Shown: positions 1 to 13,497, counted from the first letter of the whole stretch. The stretch is 64,000 nucleotides of DNA, filler included, from Stramenopiles sp. TOSAG23-2 (GCA_900128395.1; 56 parts of 56 records of this genome joined end to end with filler, not necessarily neighbours in it), one strand, 5' to 3'. The notes: generated by a model from the letters alone, not told the origin. Numbers and translations are program-made.

Positions 1-652
1 CAGATATTCTACCATGTTCTTCGGATGTAGGAGAGTAGAATGCCATTGTTGTTGGTTGGTTGGAATGGTTTTGTATAGTTTGTGTATGTAGATATATTAA
101 ATTATTTTTTTGGATCTTATTATTTGTATTATCATACAGTTATATGTATATTGTTATTATTATTGTATTATGTTCGTGATGAATATTTATATTGTGCTAT
201 TTATTATTATTATTCAACAACAACAACAAATTCAAAAAAATTGGTGGCACTTTACAAAAAAACTCTGGGAGTCGAGCAAAGTGAATTGTTAAAAAAAAAG
301 GCGAGTCCATCAAAAAATCGTCATACAAAAAAAGCTGTGGCCAGGCTGGAACATTAACATCACATCAGAAAAAGCTGTCCGCTGTGTCGACAATATGCAC
401 ACAGCATAAAAACCAAATTTGGAATCGCATTTGGTTTCTTTTTCAATAATTATCGTGGTGCTATTTGTATGCTATATCTATCAAGAATTCCGAATGTCGT
501 AGCACAGCATTTCCAAGTACTAACCCAACAAAAGTACAAAAGTATACTTCTACTTAATACAAGGCATATACCTACGACAATAAAAACAAACCCAAGACAA
601 ACAATATATATATAAAAAAAAGACAAAAGTAACATTCATAACAATCCCCAAT

Positions 653-1052
653 ATGACATCATTTGCTGTAGGAGAACCAGTTTCAATGCCGAAACCATCT
701 ATGCGTAGGCAAAAAACACCAAACAATTCCAACACGTCATTCTCATTGAGTACGTCTGATTCCATATTAAATGGTTCATTTGAGAAGGAGGCATTAAGTA
801 ACTCTATGACAGAAACGGAAGGTATCTTAAAATCATATGATCCATCATTTGATGGACAAAATGACGTATCCAACTTTGTTAATAGTATATTTAATGATGA
901 TAAAGCACAAGCGAACTTGCCACATGGGCGTTCTTTCACTTCATTTGGTTCCTCGATGGAATTAAAAGAACCATTTGAAATCTCTGCTCAAGACAATGAC
1001 TATGAAGAATTTAAAAGCAGTACCACTATCATGAACGAAGAAAAACAAAATC
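653..1052 (+). CDS. Hypothetical Ser-rich protein, N-terminal part (3' truncated)
   Basis: ATG after AT-rich leader; frame open to contig end; no recognisable domain. Confidence 0.6.
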
Positions 1053-1152
1053 NNNNNNNNNNNNNNNNNNNNNNNNNNNNNNNNNNNNNNNNNNNNTTAA
1101 TTAATTAANNNNNNNNNNNNNNNNNNNNNNNNNNNNNNNNNNNNNNNNNNNN
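1053..1152. other. Artificial contig linker N44-TTAATTAATTAA-N44 (first of 55 copies; last at 62865-62964)
   Basis: Identical 100-bp spacer with a six-frame stop cassette; spacing falls steadily from 1151 to 1138 bp, i.e. contigs sorted by length. Confidence 0.99.
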
Positions 1153-1411
1153 AAATAATTAAATTTTCAGTTTTCGAATAATTTTTATTATAAGTCACAT
1201 AATACTATTTAAGGTAATTAAACTACTAAAATAGACTAAAATTAAACTATATAAAAATGTAGTGCAATAAGTATATAATTTAATTACATACTTCTTACAT
1301 TATTAAATTTGATCTATTAGTAGTTATTTAACGATCAGTCTAATAATTACCTTAACTAGTATTATGTGACTTATAATAAAAATTATTCGAAAACTGAAAA
1401 TTTAATTATTT
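1153..1411. repeat. 68-bp inverted repeat (arms 1153-1220 and 1344-1411, 1 mismatch)
   Basis: Reverse complement of 1153-1220 matches 1344-1411 except aaatag/aactag; the left arm is cut by the contig edge. Confidence 0.9.
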
Positions 1412-2102
1412 AAGTGTTGAAAATTTTAAAAATTGCCAAATTGCCAAATCCCGTTTTTTCGGTTTAAAGAGGCGACAACAGAGAGAGGCGACCACCCGAC
1501 ATAAAACGGAGCAGCTCTACCAGGTGGTAATACGGGTACTGTAATTTTATAATTTTTCTGGCATACTGATACCTTATTATTAGACTTATGACTTATGACA
1601 GCCGTTTAGCCGCTGCAAATATTATAAGGGTTAATCACACAATAATTTACTAATGCTAAATCCGTTCTATTATTTAACTTGCAGCCTTTTTATTTTTAGC
1701 AAGTTTAAGTTTATTTTATCGTTTTGTTAGATCTACAATTTACACCATCTGGTATATAATTATATGATTGTACCTATATACTTTTATACTTTTATACATA
1801 TTTTATACGATACAGTTGAATAGAACTGTTCACGATTTAGATTATTATGATATTAATACGTTGACCAAAGCATCAAAAATATATCCAAAATAACATACTA
1901 ATAGGTACTAATAATATAAATAGCAATTAATAATATAATACCTATTATAGGTAAATAGTAGTCCATGTAGTCCAGTAGTATAAAAAGCCATCGTGGTGCT
2001 CATCATATTACTATTATTTATTATTGCACGTTGGCACGTTGCTATTAATATGTAAATATATGCATATATATATATTAATAATACAAACAGCAGGGTAAGC
2101 AA

Positions 2103-2103
<1 letters not shown>

Positions 2104-2141
<38 letters not shown>

Positions 2142-2160
2142 ATCTATCTATATATATATA
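2104..2160. repeat. (TATC)n/(TA)n microsatellite
   Basis: Read directly from sequence. Confidence 0.9.
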
Positions 2161-2999
2161 CGTACAAGAGGTTACAGATCTAATAGACTAATAAAATAAG
2201 ACTNNNNNNNNNNNNNNNNNNNNNNNNNNNNNNNNNNNNNNNNNNNNTTAATTAATTAANNNNNNNNNNNNNNNNNNNNNNNNNNNNNNNNNNNNNNNNN
2301 NNNTTATTTGTCTCTTTTTACCTACCATGGTAATCAATGGATCCCACACACACAATAATATTATATGTGAATATACTACCACATCACCAGAGTGGTAGTA
2401 AGTAAGTAATGGATACAGGAAAAAATATCTCATATCTAGAGACTCTTTCGAAATACTAGTATGAGATGTTGCTCAACATGTTTCGTAAGATTTTCCTATA
2501 TATACGGGACCGCTTACTTTTTACAGAGAGAATTCTCTCTGCTGCTTTACAATTGAGCTTTCAGAAACTTCTTTCTGTTCATATTCTGGTACTTTTTACT
2601 AAATAACATTTTAAGGTTAAATATACCGAAAGGCAAAAAGGTGCAAAAGACGTTGGATGTTTTTATATGGAAAATGATAAACTTCAAGAACAAAATAATA
2701 TATATATATGTGTACGCATGCATATGTCTGCTGAACAATATACATTGATGGTAATGTATATAAACAATAAATATCATTTTATAAAAACACACTAATTATT
2801 CGACCATATATAAACTATAGATAGTCTATTTTTTTGTAATATTATTGTGTATGTACAAAAAAAGAAACAGAAAAAATAGAATATTTCTTCTTTTTCAATT
2901 GTAGTAATATCTACCAATATATAAGCAAATTTCACATTTAAATACCACATATAATATTATATATTTTATAGTTGTATACTTAATTAAAAATACATACAA

Positions 3000-3354
3000 A
3001 TGGATTCAGAAACACTTGCATTGTTTCAACAATTTCAAACGAGCAATGAAGCAATATATGATTGGAACGACATTCAATTTGAAACATTAATATCAATGAT
3101 GAAATTTCATACATGTAATGAGATAGGCAGTGTACTTATTATGGTCGCCATGACACAGAAGAATGCACATGTGAACACAATAATGATCCTGTTTGCATAT
3201 TATTTTGCGTGTGTTATTTCGTTTCGATTGAAATCAATTCACCGACATGGAATCAAATGGAAGAGTGGGAGAAAGCTGAATATTTGAAAATTAAAGCACA
3301 ACATCAAAGAAATGATTATGCAAATTTCATAGCTTGTAGAGAAGGGAAACACTT
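3000..3354 (+). pseudogene. Hypothetical protein with apparent 1-bp frameshift near 3120
   Basis: MDSETLALF...MMKFHTCN continues more plausibly in the shifted frame as DRQCTYYGRHDTEECTCEHNNDPVC...CREGKH, which is open to the contig end. Confidence 0.4.
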
Positions 3355-3454
3355 NNNNNNNNNNNNNNNNNNNNNNNNNNNNNNNNNNNNNNNNNNNNTT
3401 AATTAATTAANNNNNNNNNNNNNNNNNNNNNNNNNNNNNNNNNNNNNNNNNNNN

Positions 3455-4498
3455 ATTGATATGATTACATTTGCTGATTTACATGGTAAATTATTACGTG
3501 GTTTACGATTATATAAATCAACAAATGATAGGTGGCAACAAACATTAGATAAAGTAGATGAATTGGAAGCAATTATTGCTGGTCATCGTCCATTAACTGC
3601 TGAAAAAGCAAATTGTTTTATAAAATTATATTGGTGGTGGCGTTTAAATTTAGGAATGAATACATTGAAATTATTTGCCATTATATGTGGTATACTTTCC
3701 TTATTCATTGTATGGGGTGAAATTACCATTTTATTCGTAAATAGTGGTACACCGGTCCTATCAATTTATGGAATTATTATTAACATCACATCTGGTGGAT
3801 TTAGTACTGTATTTGCAACATTTCTACCATTATTATACATGTCCTCCTGTAGTTTTTACAGCATGTTTGAGGTGAAATTTTTGAAACACTTTACGTTAAC
3901 AAAACGTTCAAGTGATGCATCTGCATTATTATTTAATGCATATTATTTATGTCGTTTGCAATTTTCATTAGGGTATAATTTTTTACTTGTCCTTGATTAT
4001 ACGACAGTACAAGAAAACAAACAACATCAAAATCCAGATGGTACGGCAAGTAGTACTGTGGCGGAGGATGCTTCTTTACCAAAAGATAGTGCAAATTCTG
4101 TCCATACTGCATTTCAACATGTTATTGGTAATATGTCTAGTATATGGTGGTTCAATCGATATAGCCCTTTGTTATTAATAGTATTAGCATTGGCTACTGC
4201 ATTTAATTTACATGCTAAAATATTAAGTTTAATTGGTGTCGATGTATTTTTAGAACCACAAGAAGGTAATACTGAACATAAAGATCGTATTAAAGATGGA
4301 CAACGTTTATTACGACGTGAACGAGATAGACGCAATCGTACTGGTCCAGATGGTGATACAAATGTCGATGGCATAGGAATCAATATGAGTAATATGGGTT
4401 CTCCATATAAACGTAATAATACACCAAGGAAAAAAATTGCAAATAGTAGCGGTAAAAAAAAAGGTAAAAAAGGAGACAGGTATACAGAGGTGGTGTAG
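3455..4498 (+). CDS. LMBR1-family (LMBRD2-like) multipass membrane protein, C-terminal part
   Basis: TM helices plus motifs LSLFIVWGEIT, LLYMSSCSFYSMF, SDASALLFNAYYLCRLQFSLGYNFL, TAFQHVIGNM, GQRLLRRER typical of LMBR1 domain proteins. Confidence 0.8.
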   Translation: MDMITFADLHGKLLRGLRLYKSTNDRWQQTLDKVDELEAIIAGHRPLTAEKANCFIKLYWWWRLNLGMNTLKLFAIICGILSLFIVWGEITILFVNSGTPVLSIYGIIINITSGGFSTVFATFLPLLYMSSCSFYSMFEVKFLKHFTLTKRSSDASALLFNAYYLCRLQFSLGYNFLLVLDYTTVQENKQHQNPDGTASSTVAEDASLPKDSANSVHTAFQHVIGNMSSIWWFNRYSPLLLIVLALATAFNLHAKILSLIGVDVFLEPQEGNTEHKDRIKDGQRLLRRERDRRNRTGPDGDTNVDGIGINMSNMGSPYKRNNTPRKKIANSSGKKKGKKGDRYTEVV

Positions 4499-4605
4499 CT
4501 TTTTTNNNNNNNNNNNNNNNNNNNNNNNNNNNNNNNNNNNNNNNNNNNNTTAATTAATTAANNNNNNNNNNNNNNNNNNNNNNNNNNNNNNNNNNNNNNN
4601 NNNNN

Positions 4606-5656
4606 TAGAAGAGGTTGGGAGACATATAAAATTGATTTATTGACGGAGCAAGAAAAAATAAAAATAGTCGATCGATTTCTTGATACGCCTAGAAACGTAC
4701 ATGGTCATGGAACATTACACGCACATGCATCTTTTAAACTGTATCGTGAGGCAATGAGACGAAATAGTACTAGTAATAAAGATGGTGGTGGTACATTTTT
4801 AACTTCAGTCTCTGCTTCAGTTGACATTGAAGAGGAAATGTCATTTCATTTAAGATTGTTCAAAGAACATGTAGATCAAATAGTGAGGCATCCATTATCC
4901 ACTTATCCAAAATATTTAAAATCAGTTTTGTTGTCACTTAGTTTCTATTCTGATCATAAATTTTGCATAAATTATTGCCTTGGCAAAATGTTACAATGTA
5001 AATCATTCCGCGAATTGTTTTCCTGTCAATTAGGGCTATGGGAAGACGGATTTAACCCAAGCAATGCAACTATAAAGGCAGCACGTAATGTTGCAAATAG
5101 ATCTTCGTTGTATGAACCAGATCCTAAATGCCAGGAAGACAATATGGTTAGTAGTGATAGCTTAACAGAAGCCGTTGCTCATATGAATGTTAAACCAGAA
5201 TATTTAATAAATAATGATAATATAAAAAGACCAAAGTCACGTGTAGAGGCTTTGCGCGCACAAACAGCTGATAGTGATAATTATTCTTCCGATGAATTTG
5301 AAACATCTGGTGTGTATAGCACTGATGGATTTGAAGATGATGATGAAAATATGAATGAAAGCGTTGGTAAACGAAGCGCTGCAGTAACATTTGACGGGCG
5401 ACAGCGAACATTTCATAGCCCTGCCATGAAAGCGAAGGGGGCAGATTTTAGCGAAATGTCGCAAAGTTTGCACGAAGAGCAAGCGGCAGTAGCATTGCAA
5501 TCTGTATTTAGAGGCTTTAAATCTAGGAAAAATATACACAAAACTGTGAAAGAAAATAACAGTAACAAGAAATTATCAGAACGATCTAAAAAATCTAAAA
5601 GTAAAGTACCACAATATTTGTTAGGAGGCAATAAAGTTGTTGGCATTGCCGATTGA
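4606..5656 (+). CDS. Hypothetical protein with IQ calmodulin-binding motif (partial)
   Basis: Long open frame; QAAVALQSVFRGFKSRK fits the IQ consensus. Confidence 0.65.
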
Positions 5657-5756
5657 NNNNNNNNNNNNNNNNNNNNNNNNNNNNNNNNNNNNNNNNNNNN
5701 TTAATTAATTAANNNNNNNNNNNNNNNNNNNNNNNNNNNNNNNNNNNNNNNNNNNN

Positions 5757-6806
5757 ATGTGCCTGCTGGGCATGCTACAGACGTAAGTGAAGTCGGATTG
5801 CAATGATAACCTCGTGGGCATACTACGGGAGGATGTGACGAACCATCTGTCATGCATGAAAAGGTTTTATCTGTGGAGAGACCTGTAGGGCGACTGCATG
5901 TATCGCACCCTAAATATGTTGGCCCACCTGTCCAAGAATTCGATGCCTGTGTCCCATACAATTTCGCAGGGCATGAAGTTCTAGTGCGCCATTCATATTG
6001 AAAATTCACTCCTGCTCTATTCCCAAGCTCTGAGATAGTCGTGCCGGATGCAACTAACGTTTTAAAAGCATCTTTAGAAACATATTCAACAGGATTATAA
6101 CTAAAATCAAAATGAGTAAGCTGAGTTATGCTTAAGTCATTCTGTCCAATGTGCGTGATTTTATTGTCCTTGATTTCCAGTTCTGTTACTGTCTCTGGAA
6201 GGTTCAGATCAGCAATCGAAGTCGTCAAGTTTTGGCCATTAAAATATAACGATGTCAATGACGATGGTAAATATCCTTGAGGTATATGTGTTATTTTCCC
6301 ATCACTTGCATAATTTGGGTCGTTGTCAGCAGGGGGTTGGTCCCCATTCCCCCCTATTCTACAACGACCATGGCCACTGCAGGAAGCCTCAAATGTCAAA
6401 TGCTGCAAATTAGTAAATCCAGATAAATCCGGGAAATAATCCTTTGTTTTCCCATTATAAGACAAGTATAGATTAGTAACTGTGGTCGGTAACGCGGCGT
6501 ATGATCCTGAGTCCAACTCTCTTTCTATAATCATGTAGCGTGTACCCAATGCTGTTGATGTACCAGTTAAATACATCGGATCTGTTTTTGTTCCTGCAAC
6601 AACAATAAATGGGTTGTATGCATCATACGACCCCTCGTAGTTCCCATAGATGTCCACGCCTCTTGGGTAATGCATCCAGTCGAAATAGGGTGGTAGTATT
6701 GTATTCACATCGCAGCCGTTCGAACAGTCAAGTGCAAGGTAGCAGCATTTAAGTGGGCCGTCGGCGCAAGGGCCGGTCAATTTTACTGGATTAAAAACGC
6801 AAGATT
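5757..6806 (-). CDS. Cell-surface leucine-rich-repeat protein with Cys-rich (CPxG-type) repeats, internal fragment
   Basis: LTSLYFNGQNLT, VTELEIKDNKITHI, LTHFDFSYNPVEYV LRR units; CPRGYHC...CPAGT at the C-terminal end. Confidence 0.7.
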
Positions 6807-7516
6807 NNNNNNNNNNNNNNNNNNNNNNNNNNNNNNNNNNNNNNNNNNNNTTAATTAATTAANNNNNNNNNNNNNNNNNNNNNNNNNNNNNNNNNNNNNN
6901 NNNNNNTATTATTATAAAGTAAATTTCCAAATATTACTACTATTGCTGCTACTACTAAAGAGGATTAGGTGTTCGGATAATTTACGAAACGATTTGTATA
7001 CGTGTATCTAACATCTATTTTTTATGATATTAATATCTTCTATTCATTTCTTCTAAATATAGGGGGTTGAACGCACTATCGCACTATCTTAATCTTATCA
7101 AGGTATAGTAATAAGTACAAAATACATATTATTAGCCTATATTCAAAAAAGGCTGGAGTTAAGAGATTTATTATATTATTTATTATAATTATGATGATGA
7201 TAAACTTACTATAATATTATTATACTTATTATAAAAAAACTGAAACTTACTGAACAGGTATATATGATATAATATAAATAGTAAAATAAACGTAGTCGTC
7301 TATTTATTACAAATTATAAATTACTGTATATATACATATTGATAATAACAGCATACAGAAAAATCAATTAGAAAAAATCAGAATTATTAACAGTCTTTTC
7401 ATCAATGAAGTAATTGTCCATAAATATCATTCAAAAAACACATATAAAACTTTTTAATTTCCAATTGTACATACGTATATATATATATATATATATAAAC
7501 TTTCGACTTACAAAGA

Positions 7517-7956
7517 ATGAATCCAAACACGTTATCACAACTCTGTATGGAAGACGGGAAAGTTGATACGTCCGCAATGACGTTTGCATATAAATTTTTT
7601 TCAGCTTGGCGACCTATAGATTATTCAGATATTGATAAATACGAAATGGAAACAACCGAAAAGTATAAAAGACAACGTGATGTTCCAGTCATCGATAGGG
7701 CTGCAATAAAAGCCGCTGAAAACGCAGAGGATTCTAACGGCAACGATGCACAAAGTCACCACCAACATCATTTAAAAGCAGTTGCAACGGGTGTGATAAC
7801 ATCACGGCGTTTATCATATATGGGTTTAGTTGGTGGTGTTAATTCTAAGGCGGTGACATTGCTTCGTAAAGAACCATCTAGAAAAGAATTGAAAAATTTA
7901 GTAAACGTGGTTCGAGATTCATTTAATGAAGGTTTTGAAATATATAAAGAGACGGA
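7517..7956 (+). CDS. Hypothetical protein, N-terminal part
   Basis: ATG after (TA)n leader; frame open to contig end. Confidence 0.6.
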
Positions 7957-8402
7957 NNNNNNNNNNNNNNNNNNNNNNNNNNNNNNNNNNNNNNNNNNNN
8001 TTAATTAATTAANNNNNNNNNNNNNNNNNNNNNNNNNNNNNNNNNNNNNNNNNNNNTATATACCAGTATACTAATAACTATACCAAAAGTATTATGAATT
8101 ATTATTATCATTATCACATTATATCATAATCACAGAGCACAGAGCACAGAGTGCCACAGGCCTAAGGACAGCTGGACAGCGAGATTTATAGATTTTACGA
8201 TTTTACATATTATATAATACGGCAGCTGGCCTTTTATAATCCTGTCCTGTCCAGCTGTCCTGTAGTCGTCCATTTGTGCATTTAGGGCTGGCTGGGCTGG
8301 CCTGGCTGGCCCAGCTACCAACAGCTTTTATTTTTTTTTTTTTGGTTTTTTTTTTGCAAACTGGCAAAATACATGAGTAAGAGAAAATTTTTATATAATC
8401 AC

Positions 8403-8999
8403 TCACACTACCACATTGTATTCATCGCATTTTTTATAAATTACACCTTTACAATTTTCCTTATCATCATCTTTCTTATTCTTATTTTCCAACACTCTCT
8501 TCGTTATTTCTTCTTCCCTATCTAAATTATGATAATCCCAAAATGGTATGTGTGATAATGATATAATTTCTTCCTCCGTCAACACCGAATTATATAAACT
8601 AATTTCATCAATAAAACCATTGAATTTAATATCACCTACAACAATCGATAATGATTCTTTATTAATTATTGGAAATGATAAACGTCCATTTGTTGTTTTT
8701 TTACCATCTATAAATACATTTACTTTAAATAGATTATCATCTTGATTCTTCCCTTCTTCATCCTTGAAATTATGTTTCTTTCCAGTAATTGTTATATGAT
8801 GCCATACTCCATCAGCAATTGGATTCATTTGTGATACTAACATCGATCTACTATTTTGATGATTTTTTACCTCAACAATTCCACCTGGTCCTACATTGAT
8901 TTGTAAAGGTCCAACTTTTAATATAGAGCCCATATGCGATTCTACTTCCAATTCAAGTATAGGCAATACCCATGTTGCGCCGTTATTATCGGTTGCCAT
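8403..8999 (-). CDS. Laminin-G/ConA-like (LamG_3) domain protein fragment
   Basis: PIADGVWHHITIT, VNVFIDGK, FNGFIDEISLYNSVLTEEEI are the LamG-like jellyroll signature. The apparent stop overlaps a possible GTGAGT donor. Confidence 0.75.
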   Translation of the reverse strand: MATDNNGATWVLPILELEVESHMGSILKVGPLQINVGPGGIVEVKNHQNSRSMLVSQMNPIADGVWHHITITGKKHNFKDEEGKNQDDNLFKVNVFIDGKKTTNGRLSFPIINKESLSIVVGDIKFNGFIDEISLYNSVLTEEEIISLSHIPFWDYHNLDREEEITKRVLENKNKKDDDKENCKGVIYKKCDEYNVVV

Positions 9000-10404
9000 C
9001 TCCCCATAACTTTGATTGATTGCTTTTTTTTATATATGAACTTATGAACTTATAACTTATTATCCAAAGATCTACCTATCAAATATCTATCCTTATACTA
9101 CTAAATNNNNNNNNNNNNNNNNNNNNNNNNNNNNNNNNNNNNNNNNNNNNTTAATTAATTAANNNNNNNNNNNNNNNNNNNNNNNNNNNNNNNNNNNNNN
9201 NNNNNNAATTATGGGCAATTGCAATGGCGAAAGAAGGCATGAGGAATAGTTATTTAGCTCACCAGCTCAATGCCTTTTGTGATGTCAACGTTTTGATCTG
9301 ATACATATGTTTGGTAACAATCTGTACATAATCCATCGAGTGCTAAATTCGCTTGCGCAGCAAGTTTCCAATGACTATTGGTTGGAATTTCAATAACAAT
9401 TAATTGAAGCTTCAAATGCTGGTGTTCTGTCAAAGTTTTAAAGACAGCTTGTAGTGAAATGAAAATTAAAACAAATGAAAATATGATTGAAAAACATAAA
9501 AAGTTTTGGACAACAATTTTATGTATTTTAGCAGTGGAGATGGATTATATATATATATACTTTTTTTAAGTGTATGATAGGTGGTGATGCATTACATGCA
9601 AAAGCCAAACTAATAATGGTGGGGGAAAATGGTAAAGTGGTCGGATCTTCTCTAGTAGCTACCCACCTTTGCACCTTTCTCTTTGTTTTGTTGTTCTTTG
9701 TAGGGTTATTCATAGCATAGACACAGGATAACAGGATATTGCACCATTTATATATTATTATGGATCCTAACTCATATAGGGGGGATAGTATTTTTAGCAG
9801 GTAATAGGCTTAATAGTGTCAAGTACACGACATATAGGAAAAAGAGTCAATGGTAACATTTAAAAATAACATCGTAAAAATTTTAATAGTAGTTAGCTTT
9901 ATTTTTATGCTGGTTTTGACGACAAGTTGTATCAGCATCAAAAAAACTACACTGCTGGTGGTGTATATTTTTTTTTGAATAATGTATTCTGGTATTTTGA
10001 TACTTATTATTACTCGAGAAAGAAGTAGTCTGACGACGACGCAGAAAACAACTTATTATTTTAATTTGTAGAAATATATTAGCTATAATATATTGTTTTT
10101 TTTAAGTTGTTTGAAGAAAGCGGTTATTGTTGATATTTGAAAAAAAAAAATTACATCTCTCGTTAAAAAAGATGGGGAATAGTAGTATTAATTTAATGCC
10201 GTCTTGCCATGGTTCAACAATTATAATAGTTATATTTGTATTTCAAATATTTTTTTNNNNNNNNNNNNNNNNNNNNNNNNNNNNNNNNNNNNNNNNNNNN
10301 TTAATTAATTAANNNNNNNNNNNNNNNNNNNNNNNNNNNNNNNNNNNNNNNNNNNNATAATACAAGATAATATTATATTTCAAACGTAAAAGCCAATTAA
10401 AAAG

Positions 10405-11405
10405 ATGGAAATATGTTCAGCAATTGCTTTTACAATGTATGCAATTAAAAGATACAAAGTGAAAAACAGATTCAATACTTTAGAAAATGTTTTAGGTACA
10501 TCGTCTTTGAATTGGGTGAAAGAGAACAATAAAGAAGCAGAGAAGCGTATTGGTGATCCTAAAAAATCAGAGATGTATGATAGATTACTAAACATTTTTA
10601 ATTCGAAAGAAAAAATTGCATCTGTAGAAAAAATAGGAAATTATTATTATAATTTTTGGAAAGACGAGACACATGTTCAAGGTTTATTGCGACGAACTAC
10701 ATTGGAGTCATATAAAACAGATGATCCAAATTGGGAAAGTGTGTTAGATTTCGACGATCTTAGCAAAAAAGACAATGAGACGTGGGTTTACAAAGGAAAG
10801 AAAGTTTTGTACGCTGGTCGGGACTCACCGTTGAATGGCAAACATTGCTTAATTTCGCTTTCACGCGGGGGTGCAGATGCAGCAGAGATACGTGAATTTA
10901 ATTTAGTTGAAAAGAAATTTGTAAATAAAGACACTGGTGGTTTTTTTGTTAAGGAATGCAAATCTAGAGTATATTGGCGTGATTATGATACTTTGTTTGT
11001 TGGTACAAATGTTGGTGAAGATCCTTTGACGGATAGTGGTTATCCACGTACTGTTCGTATGTGGAAACGAAATACACCATTGGAAGAATCAAAATTGGTA
11101 TATCAAGGAGAAAAAAGTGACGTATCCATAACAGGTTATTTCAGTCAAAGTCATGGCTACGAGTATGAAGTTCATCATCGTGCTGTTACATTTTATGAAT
11201 ATGAATATCATGTACGTGAAGTGACGAAAGGGAATCAACAAGAGAAATTTATGAAATTGAAAATACCTAAAAAATGCTCTGCATCATTCTATGGAAATCA
11301 ACTTTTACTTGAAACAAAAGAAGATTGGAAAATTTCAAATACTCTTACGATATCAAAAGGTTCTTTGGTCTCTGTAACATATCGTGAATTCGTTAAGGAT
11401 GATGT
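10405..11405 (+). CDS. Prolyl oligopeptidase (S9A), N-terminal/beta-propeller part
   Basis: LENV...LNWVKENN, YYYNFWKDETHVQGLLRRTTLESY, LISLSRGGADAAEIREF, LTDSGYPRTVRMWKR. First ~25 aa uncertain. Confidence 0.9.
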
Positions 11406-11860
11406 NNNNNNNNNNNNNNNNNNNNNNNNNNNNNNNNNNNNNNNNNNNNTTAATTAATTAANNNNNNNNNNNNNNNNNNNNNNNNNNNNNNNNNNNNNNN
11501 NNNNNGCATGCATGGTAGTGGTATTTGTTGTGGTAATGGAAACAGAAATAACAATAATAATAATCAACTCCATGAAAGTAATAATTTAGGAAGTGGATTA
11601 TTGGGAACTTAAAATATGCATTTATATATATATATATATTTATGTAATTTCATACGAGTCGTATCATACGAACGTATATGATGTTCGTACAATAATATGT
11701 GAGACGTGTGTGTATTAGGTATACAAGATTAAAAAGATGAAATATATCATATCTGTTTTTTTTATTTCAAAAATATACTTCGTTAACGCGTATTTTCAAA
11801 AAATATTCTCTGCACCACGAATATCTCTCCTCCCTTTCAAATACTTCGTCTCGCGTTTTT

Positions 11861-12484
11861 TTACAAAAGATCATATTTTAATTGAATAATACTATGATCT
11901 CTTTCCTTATGATGTTTAAACCAAGGTTTAATTGATTCAAAATCATCGACAGTAGACAATGAATATCTCTCTACAAAATAACAAAAACGTTTTAATGAAT
12001 TTATAAATAAATGCTCATATCCTTGTTTAATAAAATCAGGAAAATGATTATGCAATATATGAGCAAATGACCTTGTAAATAGCGACGCTATTTTTTCTTT
12101 ATTTTCATACGTATTTTGTGGATCATCAAAATATCTTGTAACACAATCAATGACACGATGCATATAACTTATAGCTGAGATATTTTCAGGCTTTGTAAGA
12201 TTGGTGTCACAAAAATCATAACTAAAGCACCTGCCTTTCCCAGCGCACATCTTTGGACATGTAGACTCTTTGCATTCAATTATAGAAACGAAGACACATA
12301 AGTCATTATATATGGCTATTAAATTCACTACGATCCAATCTTGTATTTCAATTGTTTCTGGAACATTAATTGATTTTTCAATATTGGAGCTCGTCCATCC
12401 AAGACAATATTCACGAACAAAATTATCAAAACAAAAACTATGAATACTGTTTCTTGGAAAAAAATACAATGGTTTAGCACTCAT
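11861..12484 (-). CDS. MOB1/phocein family kinase activator (divergent)
   Basis: VPETIEIQDWIVVNLIAIYN, CKESTCPKMCAG, ISAISYM, FAHILHNHF, INSLKRFCYFVERYSL. Confidence 0.8.
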   Translation of the reverse strand: MSAKPLYFFPRNSIHSFCFDNFVREYCLGWTSSNIEKSINVPETIEIQDWIVVNLIAIYNDLCVFVSIIECKESTCPKMCAGKGRCFSYDFCDTNLTKPENISAISYMHRVIDCVTRYFDDPQNTYENKEKIASLFTRSFAHILHNHFPDFIKQGYEHLFINSLKRFCYFVERYSLSTVDDFESIKPWFKHHKERDHSIIQLKYDLL

Positions 12485-12653
12485 ACTATAATTTAATTTG
12501 CGTTTGCCTTTGAGTGGACTGTCATTGAAGTACCCGTTATCAAAATCTGTAGANNNNNNNNNNNNNNNNNNNNNNNNNNNNNNNNNNNNNNNNNNNNTTA
12601 ATTAATTAANNNNNNNNNNNNNNNNNNNNNNNNNNNNNNNNNNNNNNNNNNNN

Positions 12654-13497
12654 CGCTGTTATTCGGCAATATGCAAAGCGTGGGATACCAACTGGCTTAC
12701 GGGCAAAGATGTGGAAAAAAATATTAAATTTAGAATTAGATCAAGCAGATAAAAATTATTATAACGTATTGCAAACGCAAGCGGAAAAAGTTGATATATT
12801 AGTCGATCAATTATTTTGTATGGATGTTGAACATGCTATTGATGATACGGCATATTTTCCATTTGATTATGAATTGCAAGATGTTGTCATGGCATTTTCA
12901 CGCGATCCATGGTTATTTCGTAATTGTGTCAACCGTGTCCATCCGCCATTGATCGGGCGTACGCAAGATGGTCATAATGTTGGCATGTTCCCACCATGCG
13001 GTGTACAACCATTTCGTGGTTTAGTCTCATATGCAGCACCATTATGTTATTTGTACCATGATGCATTTGAGATATATTTCGTATTTCGTGAATTATTTGC
13101 AACGTTATGGTGCAAATTAAATGCCATTAATTCAGAAAAAAGTTGTATAGTCATGTTAAGTAAATTATTTGAAGATTTAGTACAGCGATATGAACCAGAA
13201 TTATATCGTCATTTATTGGAAGTTGGCATTGCACCATTGCAATTAGCATTTAGTTGGATACAATTAGCATTTGTTGGTTATTTGCAACCAGATCAATTAT
13301 TGTTATTATGGGATCGTGTTTTAGCACATGGTCGTGATGGTTTAATGTTATTGCCAACATTAGCAGCATCTATTTTTGTTTATCGTTCACATGCATTGAT
13401 GAAAGCTAGGGATGTACAAGATGTTAAAGATATATTAGGAGATCCAAGTCAATTATTAATTGTACCATTATTGCAACATTTTCTTTTTGGTGCGTGA
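12654..13497 (+). CDS. Rab-GAP TBC domain protein (TBC1D19-like), C-terminal part
   Basis: GIPTGLRAKMWKKIL, YFPFD, FPPCGVQPFRG, YAAPLCYLY, AFVGYLQPDQLLLLWDRVL. Confidence 0.8.

Noticed and set aside
2524..2541. Perfect 18-bp palindrome CAGAGAGAATTCTCTCTG (also a 24-bp one at 51353-51376)
   Set aside because: Built from dinucleotide runs that are common here; single occurrences with no supporting context.
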